Source of the DNA: Macrostomum hystrix
Taxonomy: Eukaryota; Animalia; Platyhelminthes
DNA length: 64,000 nucleotides
Reading direction: 5' to 3'
NCBI GenBank assembly: GCA_950097015.1
Contig: CATNEN010000014.1
Location: 992,001 to 1,056,000 of the forward strand
Positions within the stretch are counted from its first letter, which is position 1; each line of letters starts with the position of its first letter. Under the pieces are notes generated by a model. The model worked only from the letters and a program-made list of their open reading frames with translations. It did not search any database and was not told the DNA's origin. A program made the translations under genes and the position numbers. Below are positions 59,529 to 64,000 of the stretch, piece after piece.

Positions 59529-61606
59529 TTAGCCACCACAGAAGCTGTCCAACTGCTGCAGCTCCGGGATGCTCAGGGCGTCACTCGCAACTGAATAGCA
59601 GATCATCAGGCCATTGAGTGCTACATTTGACGAGCTGTCAAATCCCAGACGAAGGCACAGAGGTGCAGCGGTGCCAGCCCATTTCTGATCGCTCTCAGTG
59701 GCCAGGTTGGACTGGTTCAGGTAAAAGTTTCTCAGGGTCTTTCCCGTGAACACTACAGCGGCCGACACAAGATGAGCAACGTTGTTAGTGGACAGCGAAG
59801 TAGGAATAGACTGTCTCGTCTGCTTGAAGTCAGGAAATGCAGGCTGACTCGGAAACGGGTGTTCAACCCACAAACGACCTGCACGGTCGCCGAATCTACC
59901 GGAAAAACCACCAGAGCAGTCGTGGAAGTAGTGGTAGTTCTGCTGGTGGTATGTTCGCCTCAGCACTTTGGCAAAGAAGGTGAAGTTTCTCGGATGGTCT
60001 AGATAAGTGGCAGCCAGTGTCCCACCATCAGTGTCCACGTCGATGAAGTCCGAGGTGCTGCCAGAAAAGCTAGCACCCCGAGTGTCTCTGCTGACGGAGC
60101 CACGCGGAGTCGCCATGTACTTCGACGGATTGGCAAGGTTTTGAAATCCCTGACGAAAGTCGAACAGAATCAGCAGCTTTGAGAAGACACTCGCGGTGAG
60201 ACCAGATGGCACCGACACAATAGGAGTGGTTTCCATTGGAACTGTAGCTGTGGTTGTGGTTGCTGCTGGTGTTATCGTTGCCGGAGTAGTCTTTGTCGAT
60301 GTGGCTGTTGTCGGTGTGGTTGTTGTCGGTGTGGTTGTTGTCGGTGTGGTTGTTGTCGGTGTGGTTGTTGTCGGTGTGGCTGTTATCGGTGTGGTTGTTG
60401 TCGGTGTGGCTGTTATCGGTGTGGTTGTTCTCGGTGTGGCTGTTGTCGGTGTGGTTGTTCTCGGTGTGGCTGTTGTCGGTGTGGTTGTTGTCGGTGTGGT
60501 TGTTGTCGGTGTGGCTGTTGTCGGTGTGGCTGTTGTCGGTGTGGCTGTTGTCGGTGTGGCTGTTGTCGGTGTGGCTGTTATCGGTGTGGTTGTTGTCGGT
60601 GTGGTTGTTGTCGGTGTGGTTGTTGTCGGTGTGGCTGTTGTCGGTGTGGTTGTTGTCGGTGTGGCTGTTGTCGGTGTGGTTGTTGTCGGTGTGGCTGTTG
60701 TCGGTGTGGTTGTTGTCGGTGTGGCTGTTGTCGGTGTGGTTGTTGAACGTGTTGTTGTTGTTAGCGCATTAGTGGAAGCATTCCCTGTCGAAATCCCTGT
60801 GGGCCGCATGTCTCCAGGAGTTCCATTTTTTATCCTCACACGGCTGACGCAGCCTGGCAATCCGGTCTCTGCGAAGAGAGTGACCAGCTGCAGTGCGGTG
60901 CCGAAGTAGCAGGTCGAGTCCTGGCGCCGGTGCATCACGGAGCAGTCGCTGATGGAGGCGCACTCCACCAGGCAGGTCCGCTCGTCTTGGCTGCCGTCGA
61001 GTTGACGCAGCTTTGTGAGGCTCGAGTTGTCCGCAGGGCACTTGGACTCCCAGTTGAACTCAACTCGCCGGGTCTCGGGGTTGCCAGCTGCCGCCGCAGC
61101 CGCAGTTGCGGACGCCAGCAAAATGAGCAGATGCATCGCTTTCAGCAGCCTTAGAACATGTTTCAATCTCGGGTCGCCTGAATAAAAGTCAGAAACCAGC
61201 AACTTTCGGACCGATCGTCTATTGGCTGGCGAGCGTCCCGTTCGCGATGTAGGCGATAGCCAACCGTGACAGGAGCACGCAAAGCGGACAGCACACCGCC
61301 AGTTGAGTGAAAATTGATCTGCGAAGCAGCAGCAGCTGATGCAGGTGTCATTGTGTTTGTTTTGCAGCTACCTTGCAGCCTGCACTTCACTGAATAAGAA
61401 GGATACACGTGTGTCTCGAAGGGCGAGTGAAAATGGCGCGAGTCGCAGCTGTTACGGTTGTTACGGTGATAATTTGCCTCGCATTTGTTTAAGCGGAGTC
61501 TTTTGTTTGCTTTAAGGAGCCAGGAATTCACGAGCCACTGAATGCAAAAGGCACTTGTGAGACCAAGCCTAAATGTATAATAGGTGGAGTAGCACTCACC
61601 AAGCAT
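59529..61606 (-). CDS. Secreted PAN/apple-like + Thr-rich mucin stalk + LamG/concanavalin A-like protein, about 535-551 aa
   Basis: Main exon 61177-59529. A probable 7-nt first coding exon 61606-61600 (ATGCTTG|gtgagt ... ctgacttttattcag|GC) joins in frame; otherwise the start is ATG 61136. Hydrophobic signal [17 protein letters not shown]; PAN-like Cys spacing (C..TCLVECASISDC..STCYF); about 30 TT(T/A)PT pentapeptides; C-terminal beta-sandwich pattern (FTFFAKV..HLVSAAVVFTG..FYLN..LRLG..LNGLM..ALS..ELQQL..C). No TM or GPI tail. Domain names come from pattern recognition only. Confidence 0.8.
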
Positions 61607-62089
61607 GCAAATGGCTTTCCAAATTCAACTGCTGTTTGCAATGCGCCAGCTGAGAAAAGATATTGTTTCAAGAAGGTCAGCATTACATAAGTCTTTATGG
61701 ATGTTTTTCGATATTTGACTTCGGGGCGTAAAAAGACCTCGAAATACTACGAGCTATTATTGACAGTACATCAGAATCATTGGCTGCATATAGCAAGCAT
61801 TCTCATAATATCTTTAATGAAATTCTTACACTTGCCCTAACGTGCCAGATTAGCAGACGACAGCGCAGTCGCAGGTCGTAATGGACTGGGGGACGTCACA
61901 CCCAACCTCAATAAGCTTGGCTGATGCTGTACCCATTTTACAGCTGGGTAGTGAAGCAATGCGGAGTCTCTTGCTAAAGAATACAAATATTTCCAATCGG
62001 GGCATGACTCGAACTTCCAGTCTTCAAGTTAAAAGTCTTTCGCCACATCCTTCTAAGCTACAACCTTTTGAGATACCTTAGCATTGCTG

Positions 62090-62475
62090 TGCAGTACCAG
62101 CCTACTTGCACAATGCAATCCAGTACCAGCCTACCTGTGCAATGCAATCCAGTACCAGCCTACCTGTGGAATGCAATCCAGTACCAGCCTACCTGTGCAA
62201 TGCAATCCAGTACCAGCCTACCTGTGCAATGCAATCCAGTACCAGCCTACCTGTGCAATGCAATCCAGTACCAGCCTACCTGTGCAATGCAATCCAGTAC
62301 CAGCCTACCTGTGCAATGCAATCCAGTACCAGCCTACCTGTGCAATGCAATCCAGTACCAGCCTACCTGTGCAATGCAATCCAGTACCAGCCTACCTGTG
62401 CAATGCAATCCAGTACCAGCCTACCTGTGCAATGCAATCCAGTACCAGCCTACCTGTGCAATGCAATCCAGTACA
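62090..62475. repeat. 29-bp minisatellite GTGCAATGCAATCCAGTACCAGCCTACCT
   Basis: About 13 copies. Confidence 0.96.
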
Positions 62476-62858
62476 AGCAGTTTTGTCAATAGTATAGCCA
62501 TTGTATTATAAAATTCAAAGTACAACACTGTTCTCAAATTACTGCAAAGCATCACCGCTCAAATTGAATTTCTATAAATAACTCACTTTAAACATGAGAA
62601 CCTCATTGGGTGGCCTGTCTCCCCTCTCACGGTTCAAGTGTCAGCATGTCAGTTCACACTTGGTGCACTTTAAAACTCAGTAGGTGAGAGTGATTGTGAC
62701 AACAAAAAGGGGGGAGCGCGCGGCAGGGCCAATTAAGGGACACTCTGCACTATAATTTCGGGCTGTCATTGTGCCTTGCGCGAGTTTATAAAAGCCAAAC
62801 AGTGGAGGCCGTGCGCAGACATTAGTCAACAGTCGCTCTCATCTGTGTGCTTAGCCGG

Positions 62859-62895
62859 TATAAAAGGACAGACGGAGCTACTCACTCTACTCACT
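62859..62895 (+). promoter_or_regulatory. Candidate TATA box plus initiator for the carbonic anhydrase gene
   Basis: TATAAAA at 62859-62865, Inr-like TCACT about 30 nt downstream (62891), ATG at 62914. Confidence 0.45.
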
Positions 62896-62913
62896 GTACT
62901 CACTCTATGCGAC

Positions 62914-63944
62914 ATGCCTTTGCTGAACAGTCTCTGCCCGTCAGTCACGGTCATCATGGCCGTCATCTGCCTGAGCTGCGGTGAGTCCTGCCTGGGCGCC
63001 GCCCTGCCGCCGCACTGGAGCTACGACAGGAACGGCACCGACGGTCCGGCCAGCTGGCCGAGCCTCTACAAGCGCTGGTGCTCCGGCCGCAAGCAGTCGC
63101 CGATCAACATCGAGTCGGCGACGGCCGTCTATGACGAGTCGCTGTCACAGTACTCTGTCAGCGAGCTCCCCAACCCGGCCAGCCTGCGCTACCGACTGGT
63201 TAACGACGGGCACAAAGGTGAGGAGGCTTTGAAGGGCTTGGCGGCTAGTCAAAAGATCGCGGTGTACTTTTTCGCACACTAATCAATGGCCCTGGTTAGA
63301 AGGCCGTTAGAGGCTACCCGGGTGCCACGCCGTTCACCAGCCGCTCACAGTTAGCTTTAGCGATTAACAACCAGGCTGTCAAATGGGCCATGCAGCCTAA
63401 TAAATATTTGAATGGTAAACACTAACGGCTATCAAACCTTGGCTGGACCGTTGCAGCCGAGAACTGACGGTCTGTGCGGCCTAAGACACTCAGCAACAGT
63501 CGCGCAGACAGGTAAGGTAAAACATCATTAGAAACGCAATCACTGGGAAGGCCTTGGGGCAGTCCGTTAGTAGGCGCTAGAAGGCCCAACTAACTGGCAA
63601 GTACAACGAGTGAGTACTGACGGTGGAGATAGCTCCGAGTGTTTGTGTTTTTGTGTGTGCACAGGGCTCATATTCAGCCGTTAGTTGCTAAGGCTTAATA
63701 GAGTACATTACCTGTGCTTCACTGTTTGTTCTGAATTTTTACAAGCCAGTTCATGGGAAATTTCACCTCCCCCGAACTCCGCACCTGGACAGTGCTGGTG
63801 AACTTCGGAAACGCCCAGATCAACGTGAGCCTCAACCGGCACCAGCGCGAGTGCTTCAGGCCGCATCACGTGCACTGGCACTGGGGCGGCCTAGACAACA
63901 TCGGCTCCGAGCACCAGCTCAGTGGCAGACAGTACCCCATGGAG
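62914..63944 (+). CDS. Secreted/extracellular alpha-carbonic anhydrase, first two exons (gene continues past the window end)
   Basis: Exons 62914-63217 and 63793-63944 (phase 1, consistent). Signal-peptide-like N-terminus, then WSY..GPASW..Y..C.G..QSPINI, NDGH (H64 equivalent), HVHWHWG (H94/H96) and GSEH..G..YPME. The third zinc ligand would be in the next exon. Confidence 0.92.
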
Positions 63945-64000
63945 GTCTGTAGAAACCGAAAAATGTTTTCGGTCATTGGTTTTTTTCCAAGAACATGCAC

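Noticed and set aside
60196-60909. Plus-strand Val/Gly-rich ORF
   Set aside because: Antisense shadow of the mucin stalk.

Overview
Eukaryotic (animal) genomic DNA, not prokaryotic. The style suggests the flatworm Macrostomum or a relative: GC-rich exons with poly-Ala/Gln, CTAAC/CTGAC branch points, and minisatellite-filled introns. This species call is an inference and cannot be verified here. I reconstructed five spliced genes by hand, each with GT-AG junctions and consistent phases: Tbx2/3 (omb-type T-box, +, 6 exons, 740 aa); a catalytic-domain-only class I cyclic nucleotide phosphodiesterase (+, 4 exons, about 463 aa); Onecut (-, 3 exons, 700 aa); a secreted PAN/apple + Thr-rich mucin stalk + LamG/ConA-like protein (-); and the 5' part of a secreted alpha-carbonic anhydrase (+, runs off the window). 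Mobile DNA: an internally deleted Helitron with both termini and a nested hAT-type MITE, a deleted Merlin (IS1595-like) transposon in Onecut intron 1, a decayed RLE-type (CRE-like) non-LTR retrotransposon 3' end, and a tRNA-derived SINE-like element. There are about 26 unrelated tandem arrays, which explain most long ORFs in the track. Best leads: (1) short introns inflated almost entirely by private minisatellites that stop just short of the splice signals; (2) a 41-bp array that repeats an AG|GTAAA acceptor/donor-like junction ten times inside a PDE intron; (3) an AATCC/GGATT core shared by many otherwise unrelated arrays; (4) arrays carrying T-box and Otx-type binding sites; (5) a decayed tandem duplicate of the mucin-lectin gene with a near-identical 300-bp tract.
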